In this document: piece by piece, positions 1 to 11,986 of the stretch
Position numbering within the stretch: the first letter of the stretch is position 1
Layout of the letters: each line of letters opens with the position of its first letter
Source: Azolla caroliniana
Lineage: Eukaryota; Plantae; Polypodiophyta
Reading direction: 5' to 3'
Length of the DNA stretch: 64,000 nucleotides
NCBI GenBank assembly: GCA_043228905.1
Contig: JBHGNT010000012.1
Coordinates: 17,980,001 to 18,044,000 of the forward strand
Made by a program: the position numbers and the translations under genes
The notes under the pieces: generated by a model
Database searches by the model: none
Seen by the model: the letters and a program-made list of their open reading frames with translations, nothing else
What the model was told of the DNA's origin: nothing

Positions 1-75
1 AAAATAACCTATTTCATCCATGTAAAATTGCATCATCTTATAATGTGGCCTATTTTTCAAAGAAAAGAAAATTAC

Positions 76-3000
76 CAGAACAAGCTTTTGAGGAGTACTT
101 AAGGGAACTGCAGTGCTCGGGAAGTTCGTGCAAGTATCCCCATTCTCCAATCTCTTCTCAAATTCCTAATCATCATTACAAAAAACAAGCAAACTTTCAC
201 CCTATCGATTAAATTCGAGTAAAATAGTACACAGATATATTGGACTTGATAGAAGAGTCTCTGCAGGGGAAAATAGCTTTTATAGGTGAAAAGAAAGCAT
301 TCTTTCCCTCAGCAAAATTCATTCTTGAGATTCACGTCAATACTCTTTAGAAAGGGGATAGACAGATGCATTTGATACTAAAATTCATTCTTCAGACCTT
401 GTTTGTATGAAGAACAACATTTTAGCTTACTTGAGTATACAATATTGCATCCACAAGTTCTGATGCTGTTGTCCTCAGTAGATGTCTGTGTAGAGCAGGC
501 TGTAAATAGCAAACAGAAAAAAAAGCAATGGCATAACTTAGACATTGAAATCTTTGTAGTAAGATTATCTTTAAGAAAAACATTACCAAAGAAATATTGT
601 CATCATCAAATATATCCAAAGCTTTAGTGAAGAGCTGCAAATTTGCATATAGCTGCCATAGACAAAGATGTTCAGTTGACCAGATGCAATAGGAAATTGT
701 TGATGCTCATTCAGGAAAATTCTTCTAAGACCTCGTCAATTGTTTTCTGCAGGTTCTCTGCACGTTGACGCCGCTCTTCAGCTGCAGCTGTGAAGGAAGC
801 TTGTTTGACTTTTTCCCAAGTAGAAACAAGTACAGGTTTAAGGTGAGCTGCAATGGCCTTTGATAATGCTCCTTCACCATCATCATCTACAAAAGTTAGC
901 ATGTATTACACAGGAAAAATATTAATATCATTATTTTCGTTGTTCATAAAAAACAATAAAGCTTAACTGTTCCTTTCCTGAGGGCAACACCAATGATCAG
1001 GCATCAAATACAATTGCTGATTATTCATAATTCATGATTATATTTGAAGCCATTTTTAGTCTTAGGATGCCAACATAGAACACAGTTTTTCTTCCATTTT
1101 TTCTTTTGTTGATCAATGGCGAGGGTCAGATCTCAAAAACTAAACCTCTTCATGGAAAATGAGAGAAAACCAAGAATGGATAGTTCAATTTAGTTTTTTA
1201 TTCTGTAAAGATGCCTGAATAAACAACTCCATCTGGTCATAATATGAAGAAATTCATGATTCCAATAACATCTGGTCATGTAGATATTATGATTGATCTA
1301 TATATATATATATATATATATTATGACATTAAACCACAACATAATACACATATCACATATTTAAAACATAATATCTTTAAGTTTCCACAAATTGAAATAT
1401 TATCCGGAGTAAAGACTTAACACTGTTGAACTAGTGATTATAGATAGACAAAAATAGACAGATCAAAATTCAATTATCCTGGACGGGGAATTCAATCAAC
1501 ATAGACAGGGAATCAGAAATTTTGCAAGGAAGAGAAGCAACAGTAAAGGCAGGAAGGCAATACCAGTAGAATGGCAAGGGAAATCGTAATTTTCAAAAGG
1601 GCTACATTCATACCGCTTACCATGCAGGAAACACTGTTCCCCGCATTATGCTAGCAAGTCACAAAACTTTGATAGATGACATAGTAGGGAAACGTTCATT
1701 TGACTTAACTAGTACATTAGTAGGGAAATGTTCATTTGACGTGAAAACTGAGAAACAATTAGGACAAAGAAAGAAAGAAAGAAAGATATATAACAATTAG
1801 AACAAAGAGATGAATATCAATAATGTCCTGGAACTCAAAGAGGTTATTATAGCTATGAACTTCCCTATCCTTCAAGGCATCGTTAGAATGCGAAAAAAGA
1901 TAGGAAAAGTATGACTGGAGCCCAAAGTCTAACTGGAAAAAAAATATAACAAATTGCTCAAGAGTTAAATCCATGCAACCAAATAGCAAAGAGAGATTTG
2001 TATTGTCGAATGACCATGTAAGAACAAAGAACTTTGCAAATCCTTCCAAACGAATTGTAATCATGAAGATACATATAGACTGCATGTTATAGAGTGCATC
2101 CCATGTACGGAACCAGCACAACCCATCATTTTTTTAGCAATTAATTTCCGTTTTCTGTAAATTACAACCTCAAATGAGGTTCTTGATTTCTTCACAAGAT
2201 TTGGACCACAATTCAAACAGCATCAGTTTTGGAGAACTTAACCAGAAAATACTCGTTCTCAAGCTCTCATGTAGACATCAAAATTAGTAATGAGATACAA
2301 GCATAAAAAATGTCACAGATAATTATATTACCTGTACCAGCACCCTCAAGATCAGGGAAATTTTCAAGAATCCGGGACGAAATATAGTCTTCAGATAGCA
2401 CCTCATCTCCTCGTGTAACTTGTTTTTCTATATTTCCTCTGCCTCCTTTGCTTAAAGAACCAAGTTCAGAATTTCCACCCTTTCCTTTTCCACCCTTCTT
2501 CTTAGATTTTAATCCTTTTCCAGAAACATACTCATCTTCTACAACTTCATTTACTGAGAATTTTGTAGCTCCTTTTCTTTTACCAGGTTTTACTTGTGAA
2601 GCATTCCCTTTAGAGTTAGCTTCCTTATCATCTGAAGCTGCATTCAAGATGCCATTCCCAGAATTATGTTGACTCAAACGTGCCACAAGATCTGTAACTG
2701 TTGACATTTTCGCCAGCTCTCTGACTTCAGTTTCCAATTTTTCTGACACCACCTATAGATAAAATTTACCTTACTACATCATAAAAAGGAAGATAGAAAG
2801 CTTCCAGTTTTCCAATCTATTTTAAATCAGTGTCAGTGTCAATGAAAGTCTAACCATGCCAATAGGTTTGTCCCTAAGGAAAGATGGTTATATTAAATTA
2901 GTTAGCTCAATTTTAAACAGCAGAAACAAAACACCAAAGCATTCTAGAAAGTTCAACAACAAGCTGAAGAGGTCAAAGAAAAATTTAGATTTCTGAAGAT

Positions 3001-6000
3001 CATAGAAGACTTTCCTACATACAACTTGATCCCATAAAAATTACTCATAATAGCCACAGGTTATTAATCACTTAAATTCGCACAGAAGCAACATCCTTCT
3101 AATCAGTAGTCATCTTTCGTCTCCACATCCAGGTATGTGAAGAAATGGTTCTTCCATCTCTGACAGTAATCCGCAGACCACATGACTAGAGAATAATCTC
3201 GATTGGTTGGTTAGGAACTGTTACAGGCATGACCATATAATATCCCGTGGTGAGAATTTACCGTAGTATTCTATACACATGGATAAGTGTGAAGGTTAAA
3301 TGAGAGTGTAAAGAAGGGGAGGATCACTTTTAATCCTCGGGATTGAGACAACCCATTAGGCCAAGTGTGAACGTGCCTGGGGGCCTTGGATCTCGCTATA
3401 AATATGAGGCCTAGCTACCCTCATTTGATCATCTCTTGACTACGTCGAGATTCTGTTCTTGTGGTGGGTCAACTCTTGTAGCGAGCGCGCCAGCACCAGG
3501 TACGACTCGACGACACGGCGGTGGTATGGGACGCCGATCGAGGCTCGAGTCCGTCTCAATCCCTTCGCTCGGGGGTGGTTGGGTGCATCGGCACCCTTCT
3601 TTCTCTCTCGCGTTTCTTTTTTCTTATATCTTATATCCTTATCATATGCTTACGTAAGATCATAACTCTAACAGGAACTCTGGCTTTAATAGCAAAACAA
3701 AGATTGCCATTATACTGAATGACAGTGATCACTCCTTGATAATCCTTGACAATACCAAGAACCACTAAACCTAAGATTAGCCTAGCATAAAGTTCTTCCC
3801 TAAAACATAACTTAGGAGTATACATCAATTCAACATACTTGATCTTAGAATATGATTTTGTAAGCATGCTTACTACTTGGGCAGATACACATCATTTCTT
3901 TCATTTTTCTCGTAGAAGATACAATATTTTCAGTTGCAATAACTTCTCAAACATCATAGACAATTTTGGTTTTTTGGAGATGTTACGTCCCTTCCTCTCC
4001 TCGTGCAAGGGCACCAAGCATTTGAGCCTAGTGGTGTTTACTAAAACTTTAAGTTTCAACCTACAGGTGAAAGCTAAATCAAATTAAATCTGGTGAGATC
4101 ACTCTAAGACACTAATATTGAAGACTAATGACAAGAGCCTTCACCGATATGTGAAAGAGCAAAGGAATTTAAATAATGCACCATAGATGCTGATTCAGGA
4201 TGAGAGAATTTTCAAAGATCCTGAAGAAATCTTCCATGAAGAGAAAATTTAACCTGCACTAAAGAATGATGCTTGAATGTTGGAAGTGCAGGTCTGTATT
4301 CCTCTTCCACAAATCATATTTCTTTTCACTCAGGTAGCTCAATCCTCAAATTCTGGTCATTGGGGAGTGGATTCAGCAATTAATTCCGTAACAAAGGACA
4401 TTCTATTGATAGCGATGACAGTGTTTACAAATCCTTGCATACCTTTCAAGAAGTAATAAGGTTGAGGGTTTACAAGTGACAGATATGCATAGTAATTTAG
4501 ATACTTAGTTATCCATGTCATGCAAGCAAAACAGCTGAAGTAATCTGTTTGGACAACCATATCCACCATGTGAAGATCACCCCATATATTGGATGATATA
4601 TGTCCTATAGGGAAATTAAAAAAATCCAGGGAAAGTGAATCCCTAGTTATGTTTGACACTATCAATAGGCTTATGACAAGTGAAAGCTCTTATCTTTTAT
4701 TCGTATACAATTTTGCTAAGATTTCAAATGAGAAAGGAAATATTTCTTGAAATGGAATGCACTAGATTGGTAATCTATTTCATTGCATGAACGGATTGTA
4801 GCAATGAATCAGTGTCAATTTAAGTATGTATTTGCTTCCAAATTATCTGAATATTATACTTCGATGCTATGAGGAGTGGAATTAAAGAAACTTCAAGTTT
4901 AATGTATATTGACTATTATTCCTGCTGTAGTATTCCCCTATACCGGTACTTAAATAAATGAAACAATTGTAAAATTCTTGGGGGCTTTACAAACAGTAAC
5001 TTACCTTCAGAAATCCAGCACTTATCACACAGGTCTCTGCGAGAATTATGGCTCTAGATTCCTGCAAGGAGAAGCATATAAATTGCATGAAGAAATGAGA
5101 TTTAACATAAAACTGTTTAAAGAGAAAATTACCTTTTCAGCCCTTTGAACACATGGGCAAAGGGATACAAGTTTACCCACATCAGATGATGAAAACATTG
5201 ATGGAACCAGTGCAACACAGTCAATCCTGATCATACAGACCAAAAGTTTCATTACTTATAATCTTGTATTTTGTACAAGGAGGGCCAACAATATGGCAAT
5301 TTATTGTACCATCCACCACCATCAATTGCCTCGTCTACAGCTGCATCTATCATGTTAACCAAAGAGGAATGTACAAATACAGAATCCAATGCGATGCCAT
5401 CTGCATACTTCTCCTGCAAATTTACACACCATCATATAAAGTGCCACAAGGAATACATTCCAAGTACTTTGCAAAATAGGCTTACCTGAAGAAACTGCTT
5501 AGGTTGTGATATTGCAAGCCTTCGAAGCATATCATAAGTTGCATATGAATTCTGAGGTCCAAATGTAACGGTTAATGCCAGGAATATTTCTTTATCTATC
5601 GTAGCACATAGATATTAGCACTTTTCCCTAAATAAAAAAGAAACCTGTGAGTAAAAAGACTCGACCCCTTCATGTTGAGCTTTTTCAAATACCTGCAAGT
5701 TTGTAACAATAAATGGCGTCATGTTTCTATCCTGGCATAATATTACAATGTGTAACAAGCATGGTGTTCATATTCATAGCTGGGAGTCCTTTGGTGTTGA
5801 TTAACTATAAGGGATTAGGATGAACTGCATAGAGAATTCTACCATCATGGCCATATGGAGACGTGATTAACTTACATTTTTAAAACCAAATTTAAGTGAT
5901 GCTGTTTGCTTTCTAATGTTTCAACAAAATACAAAATATAGAAGTAAACCATTTGATATTTCTATGTCTAGAGGCAGCTTTAGCCCTTCGTGTATTCTAT

Positions 6001-8758
6001 TCATGATTTCAATATGCACGAAGTACATCATAAAAGGAGCAACACAATGTACAAGAATCTTACTGCAGGGATCCAAACAGATCCACCCCCACGAAGTGTG
6101 CCAGAGAAAGCTCCCTCCTTCAGAAGTCCATTGAACAAACTTTGAAATAACTTTCCTTCACCAATGATTACCCCAGGACCACCATTTGTCCCTATAAGTT
6201 GTTGCTGCAGAACATCCCAAACATTTGAAAGATTTGTTGGAACCATGAGTGCTCTAACTGCCCCCCGAATCATTGATTTTATCCTTGTAACATATGCTTG
6301 TGTATAAAGTTGTCCTCCCTCCAATTTCCCATGAATCTGTAATGACAGGGCCCCTAGACAAGTTTAGATATACAATAATTTACAATAGTTTTCAGAAAAA
6401 ATAAGCATACTTTTGTGGTCTATAAAATGCACTATCAAACTTGCTAACCCAAATTTGGCATATTTTATTGCCAAATTTACAATTTCAGTATTTGGAATGT
6501 GAGAGACATGCAATTTTTACTACACTTGTGGAGTTTATCGTTCCTCTAGGTCAAGATACTTATTGGATTGGCCACATCCATGCTTACCTCGATGCACATG
6601 TCCAGAGTATAATACATACATACATGGAGGCCTTCAATGTCTTCCAGACTGTCAATAGCTCAATTAAATACATCTGGGGATGTGGGGACTGTTTGTCAAA
6701 GGTACAGTCATATCTTTCTTAAAGCAACAAAATGTAGGTATGTTCAAGCTTGGATCCTTTACTTGGAAAGGGTAATGATCTCTTCAGTTTGGCCATTTGT
6801 GATGGCATGATTGGAAAAAGAAGAAATTTAAAACCCAGCACCATACATCTACAATCAATCACATTGCACAGATACTGGCAACTATGACAATGATGATGAT
6901 AATGCTAATTATAATTATGCTATGGAACATGACGACATTCCCATATCTCAGATATCTCCAGGGGGAAATCTTTATTATCAATACACATACTCAACAACGT
7001 CCACTACTAGATTGAGGGAGTCGCCACCATTACTACATTCAAGCCCAGGCTGTGCTATTGTTCCATTCATAGACACAATTGCTTCATTTTAAATGAGGAG
7101 TGCAATAGCACAAAGAAGATGATCTTTTACAACACTTAATTTAACCTCTTACAAGATTTCCCATCCGTGGCTCCAGCATAGTTGTGAGTAGCTCAGAACC
7201 GACATTCAAACGTGCAGCAAGATCGGCTAACGATACTTGACTTGCTTCCTGCAAACTCTCATTAATTTCTTCAGCTACCATATCCCAATATCCAGTTGAA
7301 ATTACTTCTCCTTGCACTAGCATTAGGTCAGTATGGGCAGCAACAATAGACTCCGCTTGTCTCTCACAATAAAAGAGATCAACACCAATCCCATTGGCAG
7401 CTTCAATTAATGAAACACGCCCAAGTCTTCTAATCTCCAATTCCATCTCATGTCTCAAATGGTCCTGCATTAAAGTTAAAGGTTTTCGTGATTTTCGTTT
7501 ATAAATCTATAATATGACCTTGGGAATTAATCATTTCCATCTAAACCTATTAAAAGTAAAAAAGAGATCATTTTTTTTCATTTCAAAGCATAGGACTCAT
7601 GATAAAAGTCTTGATCTAACATGAAACATGAAATCTAAGTATGATATCATCATTAATTGAACCACGGAAAAAAAAAACTATGATGAATCATCAAGCATGC
7701 TCCAAATCAAAAAGAATTTCTTTTAAATTATAAAATGAAAATAATAATTAATAAACAAAGTATCAAACTTACAATTAAAATTGTGAAACTACTCTGCATA
7801 TAGCCACACTCACAAAGCATGCATATTGAATATAAATGCATATACCCCGAGTCATAAAGGAATGCACACGGAATGTTAATTCATGGATGCACGTAATATG
7901 ACGATATGCGGATATTGGAATTGATACATAAAAAACGAGCACATTAGGTGAGTGCACCTATGAACAGCACCTAATTTTATGGATGCTCTTGTTTAATTCG
8001 CAGCTATAAAAAGAAGTGCAAAAATGGCCACGCATGTTATGTATATATATGTATAGATTTGGATAGAACACGGCAATCCATGGATGAAAAATATTATGTA
8101 TGCACTTTCTCTGTGCACTTATGTATGCATTTATTTCAAATGCATCCGACATGGGTGCACTTGTTTTACATGAATCTACAAAAATGAAAAATGAATTCAT
8201 ACACAGATACACGTATTATGTGCATGCATGCATCGAAAAACATGTGAAGACGTATAGATTGACATAAAGAAAAGGGACATACATGGATGCATGTATTACA
8301 TATGTCCATTCCATGGATATGAACACTGTGTGCATAAATGAACGTGCATAGCGCACACACACATGCATAGATGTACACAATGCGTTCATAGTACATACAT
8401 GAATGTGCATAGTAAATTCCTTCATATGCATACATATATACAACACGTGAGTATGTGGATGCGCATACATATAGAAGCATTTGAAACATGTGCATGAAAC
8501 GATATTACATATACATAGTCACTAAAACATGTATATGCCAAATAAGCAAGACACGATAAATAAATAAGCAAAAGGAAATCAAACCTGTGTGAGGTATTCC
8601 TTCCCAGAAACAGTGTGAAGTAGGTTGGATTCAAGCAATCGGAGCTCTTGCAATTTGGTCACCAGCTCAACCACGTTGCGCTCCGAAAGCCTGGTGCTTG
8701 CTTTGGCCTGCTGCGCCGCTTCGAAGAGCCTCTGCAGCTGCAGAAGCTCAGGATCCAT
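76..8758 (-). CDS. UFL1: E3 UFM1-protein ligase 1 homolog (multi-exon; 3' end lies beyond the left edge of the window)
   Basis: The N-terminus MDPELLQLQRLFEAAQQAKASTRLSERNVVELVTKLQEL...LLHTVSGKEYLT is the conserved UFL1 start. Frame-consistent GT-AG exons: 8758-8585, 7464-7153, 6336-6064, 5692-5645, 5551-5486, 5413-5310, 5226-5133, 5061-5005, 2752-2332, 886-732, 652-587, 499-431, 165-76. They include the K/G-rich low-complexity segment (KSKKKGGKGKGG) and the LHRHLLRT motif. Confidence 0.95.
1298..1321. repeat. (TA)n microsatellite in a UFL1 intron
   Basis: Uninterrupted TA run seen directly. Confidence 0.9.
2900..4700 (-). mobile_element. Possible very degenerate L1-like LINE remnant, interrupted by the solo LTR
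   Basis: Weak motifs only: IWGDLHMVD (cf. endonuclease GGDFNMV) near 4560-4590, and AATTTTTATGGGATC near 3030-3045, which resembles the RNFLWG-coding stretch of the L1 at ~63490. Confidence 0.25.
3219..3673 (+). mobile_element. Solo LTR (455 bp) in a UFL1 intron
   Basis: Termini TGTTA...TAACA; 5-bp TSD GGAAC at 3214-3218 and 3674-3678; internal TATA-like CTATAAATA near 3396; more GC-rich than its flanks. Confidence 0.85.
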
Positions 8759-8761
8759 GGA

Positions 8762-8770
8762 GACCAAAAA

Positions 8771-8806
<36 letters not shown>

Positions 8807-8817
8807 GGATCCAAAAA

Positions 8818-8868
<51 letters not shown>
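8762..8868. repeat. Two (CT)n/(GA)n microsatellites within a duplicated 5'-UTR segment of UFL1
   Basis: CCAAAAAACCTT(CT)n occurs twice in tandem immediately upstream of the UFL1 ATG. Confidence 0.9.
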
Positions 8869-8869
<1 letters not shown>

Positions 8870-8924
8870 TCGTCTCCTTCCTCTTCGCCTTCTTCAGAAA
8901 ACAAGAAGGAAATTCTAAGACATG

Positions 8925-9215
8925 TTTTCCAAAATTGCTCAAAATACCCCTCCCTCTATATATATTCTAAATTTCCCAAAATACCCCTCCCTCTATATAA
9001 TACATATATTCCAAATTTCCCAAAATACACCTCCCTCTATATCTTTCCAAAATTTCCCAAAATACCCCTCCCTCTATATCTTTCCAATTTTGCCCAAAAT
9101 ACCCCCTCCCTCTGTAACTTTCCAAATTTGCCCAATTTACATGGAATGAAATTGTCCAAAATACCCCTCCCTCTGTAACTCTCCAAATTTGCCCAATTTA
9201 CATTGAATGAAAATG
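8925..9215. repeat. Degenerate tandem repeat (about 37-62 bp units) with core CAAAATACCCCTCCCTCT upstream of UFL1
   Basis: The core recurs at ~8940, 8977, 9021, 9058, 9095 and 9157. Confidence 0.8.
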
Positions 9216-11789
9216 TAAAATTACCAATTTATTTTCTTAAAGATTAATTCAATTGGTTTCCTTCCTATGCATTTATGCTTCAAACAAACACATGCCAAAT
9301 GGCAATAGTGTAGATTGTTGGAGATATGTTGGTCCCTTTCTATGGTAGAAATCTATGGATGTGACTTGATATATCCTCCTTGTATCTCTCCAAATTGGTT
9401 TAGGGTTTAGGTTTTAGGGTTTCCAAATTTTGCCAATTTATCCCTCTCTTCCTTGCAATTCTTCCAAGCTCCCAAATATACACCTCTTTATCTCTTCAAA
9501 AATTGTCTTTTAGCACCCTTCAAAACTTTCAGAATACCCCTTACTGTCTCTCAAAACTACCCTTTCGTAGTATTGTTCCAAACTCCGAGAATACCCCCCT
9601 CCTCTTATCTTTCCAAGATACTCCTCTATACCTTACAATAACACCCTTTAATCTCTTCTCCCATATGCACCTTAATATCTTTCGAGCTCCAAGCATTACC
9701 ACTTAATATATTTCAAAACTCCCAAACTACTCCTTGATGTCTTCCTTGCGGAAAAAAGCTACAAGAAGGTTGACAAAGTTCTCTCGCTCGATGGCAACCT
9801 CTCTCTCCCCCTCCCCTCCCCCCCCACCCTACAAATCAACTCACTTTCCCTTTCACGTGTAACATGGTGTTGGAGGTGACATGCAAGAAGACTCATCGAT
9901 TATGCAAACTTTTCATGTAACAAAGTTCACAAGTTTGAATATTGCATTCTATTTGTCAAACACATCATACACATTACAATGTTCCACCTTTGGTTAAATT
10001 TGAGTTTGCTATACTCGAATTGTCCATTTGGTTGTATCACTCCATATATTCCTCTTACAATCGCAATACACAAATTCATCAACAAAATTCTCAAGCATTA
10101 AGAATGAAGACTCAACCTTACACATGTTGTGCAAAGGAATTCCCATTGGCCCCATAGGTCATATTTGACCTCTAATGACAATTAAAAAATATCAACATCT
10201 ATCAACTATGCAAATTCATTGTCAATATAATAAAGAATGTGCACCTAAAGATTGTATAGCCATGACACTTGCATTCAACCTATTTATCCTTTTTTTACAT
10301 CAGCAAGCACTTGTTTTATTTGCAAACTTATCATGATGATTCTTTGATAATCGCCAAAAATAAAATATCAAGGAGGATCAAACAATCAAGCGATCTAAAG
10401 TACGTTAAAAGCCTTTCTTTCTTTTACAATTTGTACAAAGTGCATCTGCATTCGCAAAGCAATCAAACGAGATTCCCTTTCATACATGAAAAAAGAGAGA
10501 AGAAATATCACCACACAATCTACAGAGATGTATGAAAGCAAAATGTTCACACACACAGTTAATTGATAGATGGATAAATATATATGTATTATAATCATAG
10601 ACTGACATATTCACATTCGTGGGGCCTCCCTCACGAATGCATACGAATGCGAATACAAATATAGGTAACAATATTCATTTGTTTACTTTTAAAACTTTTT
10701 TTTGAAAAACAAAATCAACTTTTTTAATGCTAGTTACTGTGAGCGAGCAACATGGAACTTACAACACCTTGCATCTTGTTCGCGATGCTTACACCCTCGC
10801 CTCCCCTTGCATTATGTTCTTGGCCGCCAAATTAGGGGTTCTGCTGAAAACCCTAATTCTAGTCAAAACCCTAATTTCGACCATATTTATTCTTCTCGGC
10901 CTACATCCTCGCCTCCCCCTCATCCTTTGATGACACCTACATATTGTTTTTGGCCTCCAAACTCAGGATTTTGCTGAAACCCTTAATTTGGTTGAAATTA
11001 AGAACCCTAATTATTTAATTATTCGCAAATTAATTAATTTTTTAGCAAAATGATTCATTATTAGTGAATTAATTCATATTTTTATTCTTGAAACCCTAAA
11101 TTTGGCCGAAATTAGGAACCCTAATTAATCATTTAATATTTTTAGTAAATTAATTCATTATTAGTGAATTAATTCTTTTTTTAGTAAATTAAATCATTTT
11201 TATTATGTAAATTTAAAACGAATGGTTTTGTAATATTCTTGGGGTCATTTTGTATTCTCTAATATCACGTATGTGTCAATCTATAATTATAATAAACATA
11301 TCAAAAACAAATTGTTGATGGGATTTACATCTCTTATTGTGATGCAAGCAACCCTTTGCTTCATCCACTTTGTCAAGGAAGAGGGTAGATAAAGGTGTGA
11401 ATCAAGGTAGAAGAGAACATATTGGAAGGAATTTTACCAGAAATTCTTTCACCAAAACCTCCCTTGTCCCTTCCTTATATAAGTTGTGTTCAAGAAATTC
11501 CTTTTTGTTGCTTGTCGTGATGGATTCACGCCCTTTTTGTTGCTTCCTCCACTTCATTAAGGAATAAGCTAGAGTAGAGGTGCGAACGAGGAACATACGT
11601 GGTAGACATAACATATAGGGAAGGATTTTTACCAGAAATTCCCCTACATATTCCACAAGTGAAGTTTAGAATATCCCCTAAAATACCCATCTAATGTGTG
11701 TGCATGTGTCGTCCTCCTAAAAGAAAGCTCAAATGGAGAGGGAAATTGGTATTAAACTCTTGACGCAAGTCTTTCTCATAATATCCACC

Positions 11790-11986
11790 ATCACATTCAT
11801 TCATCCACTTGATTTCCCAGGGTCCCAAGTAGGACTCAAACCTCTAACCTCTCACTCATAACATATACTTTTACACTAATTGAATTTCCCTAAAATACCC
11901 CACAAACCTCAAACCTCTCACTCATAGTAGATACTTTTACTAATTGAAATTCCCAAAAATACCCCTCAAACCCCAAACCTCTCACT
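11790..11986. repeat. Left part of the ~60-bp minisatellite that the copia insertion split
   Basis: About 3 units of ...CTCTCACTCATAGYAGATACTTTTACTAATTGAAATTCCCTAAAATACCCCTCAAACCTCAAAC. Confidence 0.85.

Noticed and set aside
7760-8580. Several overlapping short ORFs in UFL1 intron 1
   Set aside because: They arise from low-complexity ATGC/TACA-rich sequence and show no protein motifs.
10790-11250. Cluster of AAACCCTAA telo-box-like motifs in AT-rich repeats
   Set aside because: It lies ~2 kb from the nearest start codon, and I could not define TIRs or a TSD; it may be a TE remnant but is not callable.
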